A stretch of 62,943 bases of DNA, filler included, from Catajapyx aquilonaris (lineage: Eukaryota): the NCBI GenBank assembly GCA_000934665.2. It is 2 parts of 2 records of this genome, joined end to end, with 100 filler letters (N's around TTAATTAATTAA, not from the genome) between each part and the next. Parts side by side here need not be neighbours in the genome. Positions count along the whole stretch, not along the records: positions 31,523 to 62,943 come from KZ539164.1; 1 more part is not named here. One strand, given 5' to 3'. Position numbers and translations under genes: made by a program. The notes beneath the pieces are model-generated. The model ran no database searches, had not been told where the DNA came from, and worked only from the letters and a program-made list of their open reading frames with translations. Of the stretch, positions 34,368 to 46,900 are shown piece by piece. The stretch's first letter is position 1, and every line of letters begins with the position of its first letter.

Positions 34368-37300
34368 ATTGTACATGCCTCATCATGTTTAATATTTATT
34401 GAGATATCTTCTATACCGTCATGCAAATGTATTATTTTATTTTGGAGATAAATGCTATTATGCTCATATAATAACCATAAGGATGAATTTATTTATTTCT
34501 GGTAAATAATAACCATTGCTGTCCACAAATACGGTAAGGCACATGTTCTCTTGGCAACTCCAGCTTGACCTGAGAAGGTAAATGTGTAAATAAGTGAACA
34601 ACACTGCAATTATTCCATCATCCTGATGACTGCTTTTTATTCAGCATTTTACTTTTGTCAAATTTGTACATTACAATACAGTCACTGTCCATTACTTGGG
34701 GCTATCTAAACTCCAAAAGCAGTTTATACACTACTATGGCAGACTGGCAGGGATGGGAAATTTTTATTTATTTATTTCAATTGTGGAGACTATTGGTGGA
34801 AGCGCTCTCTTTACATATCAAGGTGTGACAATATTTTCTCTGTGAGGGACTGGTTTATAAGAAATATCATGCATATTATTCACGTGATCCAGTTGTGGTA
34901 CTTGGTAGACTGTTTTTCTCTTGCTTTCCCATCCCTACGAGAAGCAAACATCAACTGTCCATCAAAATACCAAAAAAGATCTTTTATAAATAATTCCCTT
35001 TTTGTGTGTACAAAACATCCTCATTGTTGCTGAAAAATACAAAGTTTCGGCACTAAGAAGCCATTGAGATACAATTATCACATTGGGGCTAACTTTCACT
35101 TTCCATTTTTATTATTACTTATCATTTACTAGCATCCTCTTCTTTTTTTTCTTATTCTTCTTCGTCAAATTAATACTCGTCGAACACATTTTTCTTTTTC
35201 TACAAGTAGACAGAATAATTTTTTTTTATTCGTATTCCGAAATATTCAGTCCAAAATGACCAAAATAAAAAATTGGATGGGCAAATTTGTCGCTCATATA
35301 TACTTTTTTTGTTCGTCTCCTTTGAAAAACATTGGCCGTCACCAAAAAAAGTTGCACTTTTTGTCACAAAGAAATACTTTCCTAAACTGTGAAGACAATT
35401 TTTTACCACATAATTCTTACTGCATTATTTTTTTTCCCTTCCTCCCACTACTTCCTACTACTGTACAATAAATATAATTTTGGCATAGCTGTATCAGTGG
35501 AACATTAAGGCCATGTTAACAAAGTTTTGTACAATGAAAGCATTTTTCACACCTACTGTCATTCACAGGCACATTTTTGTGATGTCACGTGTGGCATCAC
35601 GTGACATCTCTTAGCTCCTATAAGATACTTCAGCACACAAAAAATTAAGCCTTTTTAAAATCCGACTTCCTATCTACTTCAGTACTACAGTACACTGAGA
35701 CCATTAGACCACAAAATGTCCCATAAATGACATAAGGAGAGGTGGGCTGGGGGTGGGAATATGGGGCACGGGGTGCAGGAAAAGCACAACTGATTTTTTT
35801 TGTATTGTTTTCTTATATCACACTGGTCTACTGCTTGTTGATTAAAACTTCACACCTACTGTTTTACTTATGTGTCTATCACTTTGCAAAGCTAACTATT
35901 CAAACTATCTATTCACAACTGGATTTAGGTGGGATTTTTTTTTTCATCAGATCTGACCCTTCTTATTCATTTACTTATATTTATAATGTTCAAGTTCTTT
36001 TCTCCTAGTACTGTTTGTGTGGAGATTATGTGTAGCACACTACTCTTAAGCTAGAGAAATAACTGAGCATTAGCATACCCCTGACAGAAAGTGCCAACCG
36101 GCTAACGGTTGCATTATTATTCGGCAGGGTCTAATATCTCGAGATATTTCTCTACTCTTTCAACTGTGGTGAGGCTATAACTGGATATTGTAATCTTATT
36201 TTTACATATAATCTGCTGTGGACTTTCACCATTTCATTTTATTGTAGCATGTATGTCAAAATAATTAAAATTTCAAATGATAACAAACATCTAGTCTGCA
36301 ATGATTTCCTGTTTTAAAACAGTACATCCAAAGCACAACAAAAATGTGTGGTACTAAATAAGAAAGGCTATAAATATACTTTCCAAATAAATATTTTCAC
36401 TCTTCCAAATTACTTATTCAGCACACAGTTTGGATAAGGATGGCGCTTGTGTGACTTGCTCATTATTGCAGCATGTGTGATTATCTTTTCCAAAATGACT
36501 TAGAGATCAGACTCTTCTGCATACGATGGAAGACAGGACGCGGATTTCATGAAGTGCAAAAAATCATTGGTTGCCTGTTCATTTATAAATTTGTACTTGA
36601 ATTGCATTTATTAGAGTCAACAATCTCAGCTGACAATATCAGATTTATCTTTGTATTGGAGAAGACAATCACTACAAGTCTGATAAATTTCCCTTTCAAT
36701 GTACCATCTCCTATTTTTTTTAACCTCATAAATATATTTGAAAATTTGTGGAAGAATGAGTATTTTGTAAATAATTGGCACATTTCTATAAAATAAATAG
36801 GCCTATCTAAATATATATAATAATAATTATGGCAGTTAAACCGGAGTATAAATGATCTACACCGTAGAAGAAAACATACAGAACACAAAACTTAATACTT
36901 TGTTGCAACGTTATGCAACATTACATATTGCAGTCTACATTATTTTAGTTTCAGAAAATAAAGGAAAGTAGAATTTTTAAGAGTTTGTAAATTTCTTGGT
37001 CCAAACCATCACTGGACAAAATAAAGAAGTTTTGCTTTCACTATCTCTTTTCTTTGGAACAATAAGATTTACTGCTGAACAAGATTATTCCAGAAGTAAA
37101 TCTCAATATAGGAAAAAAAGAGTTCTGAAGAATTAACACAAGATAAAATAACTATCATCGAATACAAAATCACATTCAAATACAGAATTGCACTAATAGT
37201 ATAAAAATAAAGTACAGTACTAAAATCACAAAGAAAAATCACAATTTTATGTCGATAGTTTGGACTCCATTTTTGCACTTTTAGAAGTTGCAGTCGACTC

Positions 37301-39545
37301 ATAACCTCTCCAGAGGTCTATTCTATTACTTGATCTGCATAATCATTCAATGAATAAATGGGAGGTTTACATGCAGAAGGATAATAAATATAAATAATAA
37401 TAACACATATCAGCTGCAACGTAACTCACATCACCTTCCTGTTCAACGAAATTGTCCTATATGCATAGGGGATGAGGTTGCACTATGTTAGTAAAGCTGG
37501 ATGGAATTACGTCTACTGCTGCAACTTTAAACATGTATGAAGCAACACAAGCTATTACGAGGCAAGGAGTAATGATGCTGATCGCCTGTGATTGACAAAT
37601 ATTTCAGTGGTACTGGTACTTGAAATCTAACAGCATTCTGTGTAACAAATGTTTTGAAAGATATATATTTATGGCTTTGTAGAATTTTACAAAATGTGAG
37701 TACTAAAGAATTTGTTTGCTCTTATGAGTTTAACCTACTCAACTTCAATCATTATTGTTTCATGTTCTTACACGTACCATGGTTGAATGTCACACATGAA
37801 CATTTCTGTCATCTTCTAATGGCACTTTAATTATAATCAAGGTTTTAAAATAACAAGTAAATGCCCACATATGCATAGAGTCTGCAGCAATTGCAACACA
37901 TTAAAAAATATATGTTTATCAGTCATCAGGTGGACGAGCATCATTACCAAACAGCACATAATCCATAGTACTTCAGGTACTGGCAACAGGACACACATAC
38001 ATCACAAAATAAACAAAACTGCAGTGTTCCTGACAGCTCAGAAGCTGTGGCTCTTAACATATAATCACAACCAATAAAGCAATGAAAAATACTTAGGGAG
38101 CAAGGGTTTTTTTTTCACTCGACCAAATGAAGTCGAATTAATAAAAAATCAGGTACACGAAGCAAAATAATGGCACTGGAACCAAGGTGGAGACGCAATA
38201 ATATCGACTACAAATCACAAAATTGGCATGTATATAAAGAAAAGATGGCAACGTGAGATCTTTTCATTGCATTTTTAAAAAATCGTCAGTTCAAACTTCA
38301 TCTTGCATTAAGCGAGCAATTAGGCAAGTTACAGCTCCTCAATAAATAACATAATCTGGTGGTAAGCGCCACAGCTCATGAGCCGATTTAGTTTAAACTA
38401 GGAAACGTGAAGTCTGCAGTAAACGAAAAAAAAAAAAAACGCATACGTTATGTTTCCCTGTGAACAAAATCTACGCCCACACTGTGTTAATGAACTCAGA
38501 TACAAGTTGGGATGGTTCTGGAGTTATGTAGTTTATCCACTATTGTTGATGATCAGTCTTTGTCTGCGCAGTTATTTTTCTCTTTTGTGAATGTCTTGTC
38601 TCTTATATCTTCTCTTCTTTTCCTTCTTTTTATTCTGTCAAACACAGCCTTCACTTTTCATTTGGCCAGTTGGTGCTATGCTATATTTTTTAAAACAAAT
38701 TTTCAAAAAAAAAAAAAACATCATTTGAGATCCATAGTGTCAGTCGCTTCACAATACTTGTCACTATCACTTCTCTGTTGAATCACTTTTAATCCACTTA
38801 CAAAAAAAAAATCCTGGACAATTGCGACTTCCAGTTCTCATGTGTCCACTTTCTAGACAATGAAACGTTGCGTGCATGTTACGAAACACTTTCAGCACAA
38901 ATTCACCTTGCACTAGTCACTTTTTGTCTGTGCACCTATACTTTTATTTTAAAACGGGTATTCACTTATCTACTTTTTTGCATAAATAATTTCTTCTTGG
39001 GGTGAGAGTTGGTTTTGTCTCTGGTTTTTCAACAGTGACTGGCAAAAAGTTTGTACTGCGTTAAATATTTTTTTTGCATAAGATCACATACTATACTTGT
39101 GCATTTTCTGGCGATGACCTCCCAAAAAAAGAGCCACTCATTCTCCGAAAAAACTTTCTTGTTGACTGCCCACAGTTTGTGCTCATAATTTCATCTTCCA
39201 TACATGGAGGGGAAAACGATTATTGGGATGGGATATCGAAAATCCTTTGTATAAAATGGCTGGCTTTAAATTCTCCGTTTTGAAAATAGGCGCCTGCCAG
39301 TTATTTTTATACAAATTTAACTGTTATCACAAACTCTTGTTTTAAATGGACAGTTGGACAGTGAATTGGAAAGACTGCATTTTTTTGCCATTTTTCTCCT
39401 GCTCACAAATATCTCCATAAATAAGCTTGCCTCCTCCTTTGTACCACTTGCAGTCTCATTTTGACAAATGGAAGTTAGTGGTTTCTGCATCTCTTAAGGG
39501 ATAGGTCCCAAATGGATTTGAAATTTTGCCCACTATGTATTTGTC

Positions 39546-40094
39546 TTACGGTTGGAAGCTGTTGCTCCCTGGAGGCCGGTCATCTGAATCGGATGCCCGG
39601 AAGCTGTAGTTGTATGGCCTGTCTGTGGTCAGGTCTGTGGGGTCGTTGTTGCCTGATGCAGCTGTAGCTGTGGCTGCCAAGCGACTGAAGCTGTAGTTGT
39701 ATGGGTTACCTCCAGGATGGGCTGGATCAGGCTCGTAGTTATTCTGCCGCTCACCTCCACCACTTCGCTCAGAGGTGCCACTTGTGGAGCTGCGTCCACC
39801 TGGACTCACGCTGCTGGCACCAGATCTGGATGTCGGCCGGTTGTCTGCTCCATCACCACGGAAGAAGTAGTTAGTTCCACTATTGGGAAAGTACATTGGA
39901 GGTGGGTAATAACCTCGAGTACTCCCTGGTGGAAAGTAACTGTTGTTTCCAGGGCTGGCGGGAGGGAGATATGTCGGGCTGGGGCTGGACGGTGGGAAAA
40001 ACTGCGTGTCTGACCCTTGCCTGGCCGTGTCCGACTGCCGAGCTGTTTCTAACCTTGCTGCATCAGGATTGGCTGTCCGGAAGTTCCGTCCTAG
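39546..40094 (-). CDS. mamo: Putative stop-codon readthrough extension (182 aa) of the distal BTB-ZF isoform
   Basis: In frame with 40095-41018 and stop-free from CTA at 40094 to TAA at 39546-39548. The stop context is TGA CTAG. Confidence 0.7.
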   Translation of the reverse strand, partial: LGRNFRTANPDAARLETARQSDTARQGSDTQFFPPSSPSPTYLPPASPGNNSYFPPGSTRGYYPPPMYFPNSGTNYFFRGDGADNRPTSRSGASSVSPGGRSSTSGTSERSGGGERQNNYEPDPAHPGGNPYNYSFSRLAATATAASGNNDPTDLTTDRPYNYSFRASDSDDRPPGSNSFQP

Positions 40095-41018
40095 TCAGGA
40101 ATGAGTTGTCAGGTGTTTGGACAAGTAGTCGGCGCGTGCAAAGTTTTTCCCGCACGCAAAGCAGTGGTAGGGCCTCTCCCCAGTGTGCGTCCTCATGTGA
40201 CGAGTCAGGTCGCTCTTCCCTCCAAATGCCCGCCCACAGAATTCACATGGGAATGGCCTTTCTCCAGTGTGTTTCCGGACATGCAGCTTCAGGTTTTCCT
40301 TGGTGCGGAAAGCCTTGTGACAAAACGGACATATGAAACCATTGGTAAAGTCTGTGCCAGTGTGATGCAACAGGTTGATCAGAGGAGACATGGCGGGAGT
40401 AGGGCGGTAATCAGGTGACTGCGATGGTGATGGGCCTGAGGCAGGACCTGGAGTAGGACCTGCAGGAGAGGATGTGCGTGGCTGGGTGGCTGCTGTGAGG
40501 GCAGCCAGCAATGATGATGATTCTGCAATGGCCGACTGTATATCAGGCGGGGGTGGCTTTGGGTCACCCTGAGGCTGAGGCATCATACCAGGTGGCAAGA
40601 ACTCGCCTCGGTAAGCATCAGGAAAAGCAGGCGTCCCATTCTGGCACTCTGAGCCAGACACAGTCCCATCCGACTCCCCACCATTCTCACACTCCATCCC
40701 AACAAAATTGGGGCCAGGGGTGGCACCTGGATCCCTCTTGACCATGCCAGGGATGTCCCGATGAAGGCGCTCCAATGTGTGGTTGAGGCGGTGCTTCTTG
40801 AAGGACTTGAGGTACTTGAACTGCATCCCACACAGGTCGCAGTGGAAAGGCTTCTCCCCTGGCAAGCGCGCCATGTGGTTCTGCTCCTTGTGCTTGAAGT
40901 AGGCTGACTGGTACTTGTAGCACTGGCCGCACTGCTCACACTTGTAGGGCTTCTCACGAGCATGCAGCTCCAGGTGCTGCTCCATCAAAGAGATGGTCGG
41001 GAACTGGGCTAGACACAC
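40095..41018 (-). CDS. mamo: BTB-ZF gene, distal isoform terminal exon (completes 6 C2H2 fingers)
   Basis: Acceptor CCCAG|GTG at 41019. VCLAQF..HLELH completes the finger begun by IKCQ in the previous exon, and five more fingers follow. Confidence 0.88.
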   Translation of the reverse strand: MCLAQFPTISLMEQHLELHAREKPYKCEQCGQCYKYQSAYFKHKEQNHMARLPGEKPFHCDLCGMQFKYLKSFKKHRLNHTLERLHRDIPGMVKRDPGATPGPNFVGMECENGGESDGTVSGSECQNGTPAFPDAYRGEFLPPGMMPQPQGDPKPPPPDIQSAIAESSSLLAALTAATQPRTSSPAGPTPGPASGPSPSQSPDYRPTPAMSPLINLLHHTGTDFTNGFICPFCHKAFRTKENLKLHVRKHTGERPFPCEFCGRAFGGKSDLTRHMRTHTGERPYHCFACGKNFARADYLSKHLTTHS

Positions 41019-43450
41019 CTGGGCAACAGTGGGTATTGCATATACCCAGGGGCTTGCTTTCTCTATTTGGTTCGAGGAGGGTAGGATTTGATATTTGGCT
41101 TGTTCAAATGAAAACATGAAGAGAGTGCAGCTGGTAGTTAAAATCATGGGAAGTGTCCATAAACTATCCTGCAGTCCAGATTCGATTCGATTATACAATA
41201 CATGGAAAGCTTACTTTTCTCTCCCAACATCATTAGGTTAATAAACAGGCAATTCATACTGTATATTCTTCAACTCTGTGTGAGATAAATCAATGATAAC
41301 AATTTTTGTCAGTTTATTATTCTTAATACACTTGAAAAGATTCTCTTGAAAATTTTATTAAGGAGAAATGAATTGGAATATGTGCATATAATATGAATAT
41401 TTATGGAATACCACCAATGATTTTATTCTTTAACTGCATTGTAAGATTTAACTCTCTCTTTCTCTCTCTGTCCGATGAAGGAAACTTTAAAAAAAATTAT
41501 TATTCAGTGACATAATTATGCCATTGTTACTCTTGGTCCCATAAATTGCAATTTTAATATTAGCGCAAAGATGAGGTGTCAGTGTGTGAGAAGATACATT
41601 ACAGAGCAATATATTTATATTTGAATTTTGATCAACAGGATAATTATCAATTTTTCCTGAACTATACATAGCCATTTGATAACAATAATATTTCATTGCA
41701 CACATATCATATCAGCATTTTTATAATCACATTGATTTCAAGTATTTAAAAATGTTAGCTACTCAGAGCGCAACAGAAAAATAAGAAACATTAGATGCAT
41801 CACTTTGGAATGTGCCTCTGCATAAGACAGTCAGTAATTAGTGATTAGCTCTTGGTGATAGTGACCTTTACCAAGATTCCAGCCCTCAGGGAGTTCCCAT
41901 ACTCTCTACAGAGAAGTCGTTCATACTGTACGTTTGTGACTGAATTGCTAATTTACCATGCCATGAAGTCATGAAAGCCACAGAATCTCTTTTAATGATT
42001 AAAAACCAATTTGTAGACATACAGTTATTCATTTGTATACCCTAGCTCCAGATATCACAAGTTGGAAGCAAGCGAGAAGGAACTGCAATTGGCAGTTGGA
42101 AACACAGGCTTCTGACAAGAAATTAAGGCTGGTGTTCTTCTTGAAAGGACCATGTGCACAATGAAATATTAACAAGCCAAATATCATGATGGTAGGGGTG
42201 GAAGAGGTCATGGCAATGGTCAAAACAGTGGCAATGATGGAGATCTCATGCAATTCATGGAATTGATCATCTAACAAATTATATTCTTAGAGTGAGTAAC
42301 GCAAAGGCCCGGCAGTGTCTTCCTCCATCACAGGTAACTACCAATTTGCATGATAATTTCTTCCCAATAGTGAGTTTGGAAGGATGGAAGAAAGGGGCAA
42401 GTAACTGCTATTGCTAAATTACTTTAAATTGATACATAGGAAATAAGTTACTGTAACCCCACAATGACTGTTTCTTCTTTTACAGTTGCTTTTATAGTTT
42501 GAGAAAAAATACTTTTGCACAATTTTAAAATGTGATAGTCACCATTCTGGGACTGAAGTTGCCTAAAGCAAACCCAAATTGCTTGCACAGTTCTTTGGAA
42601 TGGCAATGGGTGGACTGCGAAGACGGAGTTTAAACAGCGGCTCAGTTGGATTGCGTGGCAACTTTGCAATCCACCCAATGAGTACAAGGTTGTGCCTTTC
42701 AGACTGGACATAATTTACTTCTCAAATGCAGGTAATTTTTTAAATATCACTTATTACCATCATGGTTATATCTCTTACCCCATTTCAGGAAACATAATAG
42801 AATATTATTCTCCCCTTTTCCTCATTATTCTCTCCAGTAGAGAGCCAAGGCAACTATGGATTTTAAAAACCACCACAGAACTGTCCTGGAAGAGGCAGGG
42901 GGAAGCCATACCTATGAAACTTCCACATCACAGCTGCGACACACAATAATATTGCACTTGGACAGTACTGGCGTTGAACAAAAATAATGTCCAGTTCTAT
43001 AAGAATGGACATTTTTAAATAAGTTCCACTTGCATTTTATCATTTCATAAGCCAATTAACCACCATCAATGCCACTGTATGCTAACTTTTCGAACCGAAA
43101 GCTTTGTGAAATACTTTATTACTAAAAATATTTAAGTATCAAATCAAATGGATCAACCAAGCAAGGCACCTATGACTTTGGGGGAATTAGAGCATCTTCC
43201 CAGAAACAGGGGACAAATGTACAAAAAAAGTATTTGGTTGTCAAGGCCCAGAAGGGCAATTCACCTTGACGTGTTTGTCCTCTCATCCCTGTCTCACCTT
43301 CCACATGCACACAATAAATAAGATGCAGCGCACACTTATTCACAATGTTCTATGATAAAATTGGAACATACAATGACACTCTCACTTTCTTCTGAATGAA
43401 CCTTGTGTGCCATATTTCTGGGAATGACACTGCCATGACATTCAGCTCAC

Positions 43451-43930
43451 CTGGCATTTTATAGCAGAGGTTGGGGAGAGTGCGGATGCTGTGGCAGTGG
43501 CAACACTACCATCCTCAGCCGCCTCGCTGGGAGTGGGCGAAGTCACAATCTGCCCCCCGCTACCACCGCTACCACCCCCTCCTCCGCCCCCACTGCTCTG
43601 GCCCATGAAGAAGCGGCTGAGCTGCTCCTGCTGCAGAAGAGCCAACAGTGTACTGTCCTGGGAAAGGGCAGCCAGGTTTCCAAATGGGAATCCAAAGGGC
43701 ATCGGAGGGGCCATTGGGTGGTGGTGCTGACCCATGTGTGGTCCTGGGGTTGGAGGCTGCGGGAGTGCAGGAGTTGCAGGTGCAGATGTTGCGGGAGGGA
43801 GGGAAGGAGCAGGGGAACACACATCCTCATGCGTGTCCGAGTCGGAGTCTGAAGTGTCCTCACCACCACCTTTGTGTTGCGGGGAGCTGAAGCTACCCTC
43901 AATTATCTGGACTTCTGCTTCCAAGAGGTT
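43451..43930 (-). CDS. mamo: BTB-ZF gene, distal isoform internal exon (low complexity, ends in half a finger)
   Basis: TTGCAG|AAC acceptor and TGCCAG|GTGAGC donor; 480 nt, phase 0/0. Confidence 0.85.
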
Positions 43931-46900
43931 CTGCAACAACAGGAGGAAATCATCCACGATTTGATAAAAACTGCAGAGAAAATTTCTCAGAACTGGGTAC
44001 ATTTAGGAAGATATTGGGTACTATATTCTGAACTTACGAACAGAACATAATTTAAAGCCAGGACAATATCATCTCACTGCACTGAAAAATCCGACTGGGT
44101 GCATGATACATTACTTTCAGCCAGCCCTGATTGCATGTTGACGGGCCAAATAAGGGGGAACAGAGCACAGTTGATGGATTTGTCAATTCTGCACTGAATT
44201 TGAAGTTGTCCTGGCTCGGCAATCTTTGTGTGTATATTTTTGCAAGTACATGAAATCTATACATTCAAAGTGGAACCACCCTGTGTATGAAATTATTTGT
44301 GGTTAGTTCACTGTTGACTTTTAAGAAATTTAAAATCAAATTCACTCATCTGAGTTACTATGGTGTAACAACACTACTTCTCAACTGCACTTGTTCTCAT
44401 TTACAAATTTTAACCTTTTTAAAACTCACTACAGCCAGTCCCTGATTTACATAAGTGAATCGTTCTGCAACATCCCTTGTAATTCGAATTTTACACAACA
44501 TGGAACATATCCTGTGCTGTACTGGTACTTACACACTGATACAGGAATTGGCGCCATATTCAATTGAAGCCGTTACAAGAAAGGGATTCCCTGCGAGGCC
44601 CAGAAGGTGGTCACAGTTGTTTGTCACATGTACGCTGAGCAAGGGAGCGAGTTGCGGCAGGCAAGTCCGAGTTGCCATGAGCTAAGATTTAAAATTTCTC
44701 ACAATATCCAGCATTTACGTTACCAATTTTCTCCATTGATTTTTTGTGCACATAAAAATTTTAAGAATGGAAATATGAACCTACATGTGTTGGAGTTACT
44801 TATGCTTCAGTGACTGGCTGTATATTAATTATGTTGTTATAAAGCAATGTACTTTTTTGAAGTACGTATTAAAACTTTGCATAAGCGCAACATTTGGTTG
44901 ACCATACAACTATTACAACCACCATGTGAAAATCACATTGTTTCATGTCCATGCACAGTTCAGTATCATTGTCACATGTCAGAATAAAGATGAAATAAGG
45001 AATCCTCCGAAATAAATAAGAAACAATATCCGCTACTGGTACCTGAAAGAGATGCAATTTCATGTCACAGTTAAGAATCACAAATAACAACACCACCATT
45101 CCTGATTTTTCATTTTTTATTCTAGCAAATTAACAAGCTGATATGCAATGCCTGACAGACCATAAAAATAAAAAGCAAAAAATGTAGCATGGTCAAAACA
45201 TATCTTTTTTTCTCTCTCTCTTTTTCTCTCAACACCTTATCCACCGTTTTCTACTGGTCATCCAATACAGGGGATGGGAAAGGGGGAGGGAAGCAAATAT
45301 CACAAAACTTAAAATATAGTAATAATAATTAATAAGAACAGTAAATCATGAGGGAAAGCTGGTTCTGGTAAGGAGTCCATACATAACGGGGGGTGAGGAC
45401 ACATGGCCACAAAAGAACAAAAAAAAACCTCGTCCTACAGTAGTACCAGGTAGGAACATAGACCCATGCTGCATCTACAAAAATACCTGGATTCTAGGGT
45501 AAAGCCTAAAAACAGAGTATCAATCTTCAGGAGAGGGTCAGTTTGGTACTCTTTTTTTCATTTTTTTTTCATCACTTTTTCTGTATTTTCTATTTTACTA
45601 AAACTCTCTGCTCTGAAGGGGAAAAGCCTGAACTCGTTATGTTTTTTTGGTTGTTTTTTTTTAAACAAAGGGGGAAAAAATATTCTGGATCCATTATTAT
45701 ATCTTGGAGAGAAAAAAAAAAGAGGTTCACTCGAGATAATAAGTGGGAGGGGAGGTTTATGGCAGTCTCTACACATCACAGACCCTTGCTCGCAAGCATC
45801 ATTGGAATGGCAAATAAATCACATGAACAAAAATGGAAAGGTCAGGAGTGGGGATGGCAAAAGAAAAGTTTTTAACACGTTTTTGGCAAACAGAGAAAAA
45901 CAAAATCCCTTAGGCACTCTCTAGAGTTCTTAGAGGTGCTCTGCACCTACACAATGTTAACGCTTAACTATTTGCACAGCAAATAACACAACTCAACGCT
46001 AACAACAGGATTATTACCTATGCATATACAGTTTCTCTTGTAGGAATTGTCCACACATGATGTCAACCACCTTTGATCGTATCCACCCCGAATGATTTAT
46101 TAATATCACAACCTAGCTTTTTTTTTTGTTGCAAGTGCAAAAATTGAGACTTGCATACTTTTTGCACACTCAGGAAAGGCACCTTGCGCACGCCATGCTC
46201 TTTGACATCAAGTGTGGATCAACATTTTAAAAATTCCTGATGATCAAAACTTAGCAAACTCAAAACACTGGGGAGATTTCTTTTTTATAAGCAAGTTATG
46301 AATCATTTCTATAACGTCCTTCCCAAATATATTTTTTTCTCCAATGTGAGATCAATGGAATTAGGATTCCCTTCCCCTCGTTTCTTTTTTTTCTCTTCTT
46401 TTTAACTTCATCCTTTCCCTTTCCGCTTTCGAGATCCTTTACAGCACACACAGCACATCGTCAATTATTATGCACACTTGCCACATCTATGATGTGATAC
46501 ATAATACTGGTTCTAGAGAACAACCCACGTACACAATTGATGTCAACCATTTTTTTCTCACTTCATTTTCTCTTCGCTTCAACAAGCACCTTTGTTGACA
46601 AATATTAACAAATGAGTTAGGGGGGTGGGAGTGGGAAAAATAACCTTTCACAACCAACAGAAGTCATGTTAACAATACTTTTTAAAAACTGTTTCGAGGT
46701 GCATAACGGGACCAACAATTAATACTTGTTTTTTTCTGTGGAGGGAAAGAAAGGCTAACAAGTCAATCAGTTTAAAAAAAAAACGTCACTCTCCAAGAAC
46801 TAAGATAAAAATTAACCGTGACTCGGTGAAAATGGTTAACAGGCTTTTCCACAACCGGATAACAAGAAACACCACAGCGAAGCCAGTTATGAACCACTAT

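Noticed and set aside
34842..39283. Short ORFs in the AT-rich region
   Set aside because: They are low-complexity F/I/L/K-rich translations with no splice or domain support.
39546..39896. Independent 116-aa gene or alternative exon
   Set aside because: The frame is open back to the upstream TGA. The only nearby acceptor (CTAG, 40091) is phase 1, whereas all the gene's donors are phase 0. Readthrough explains it better.
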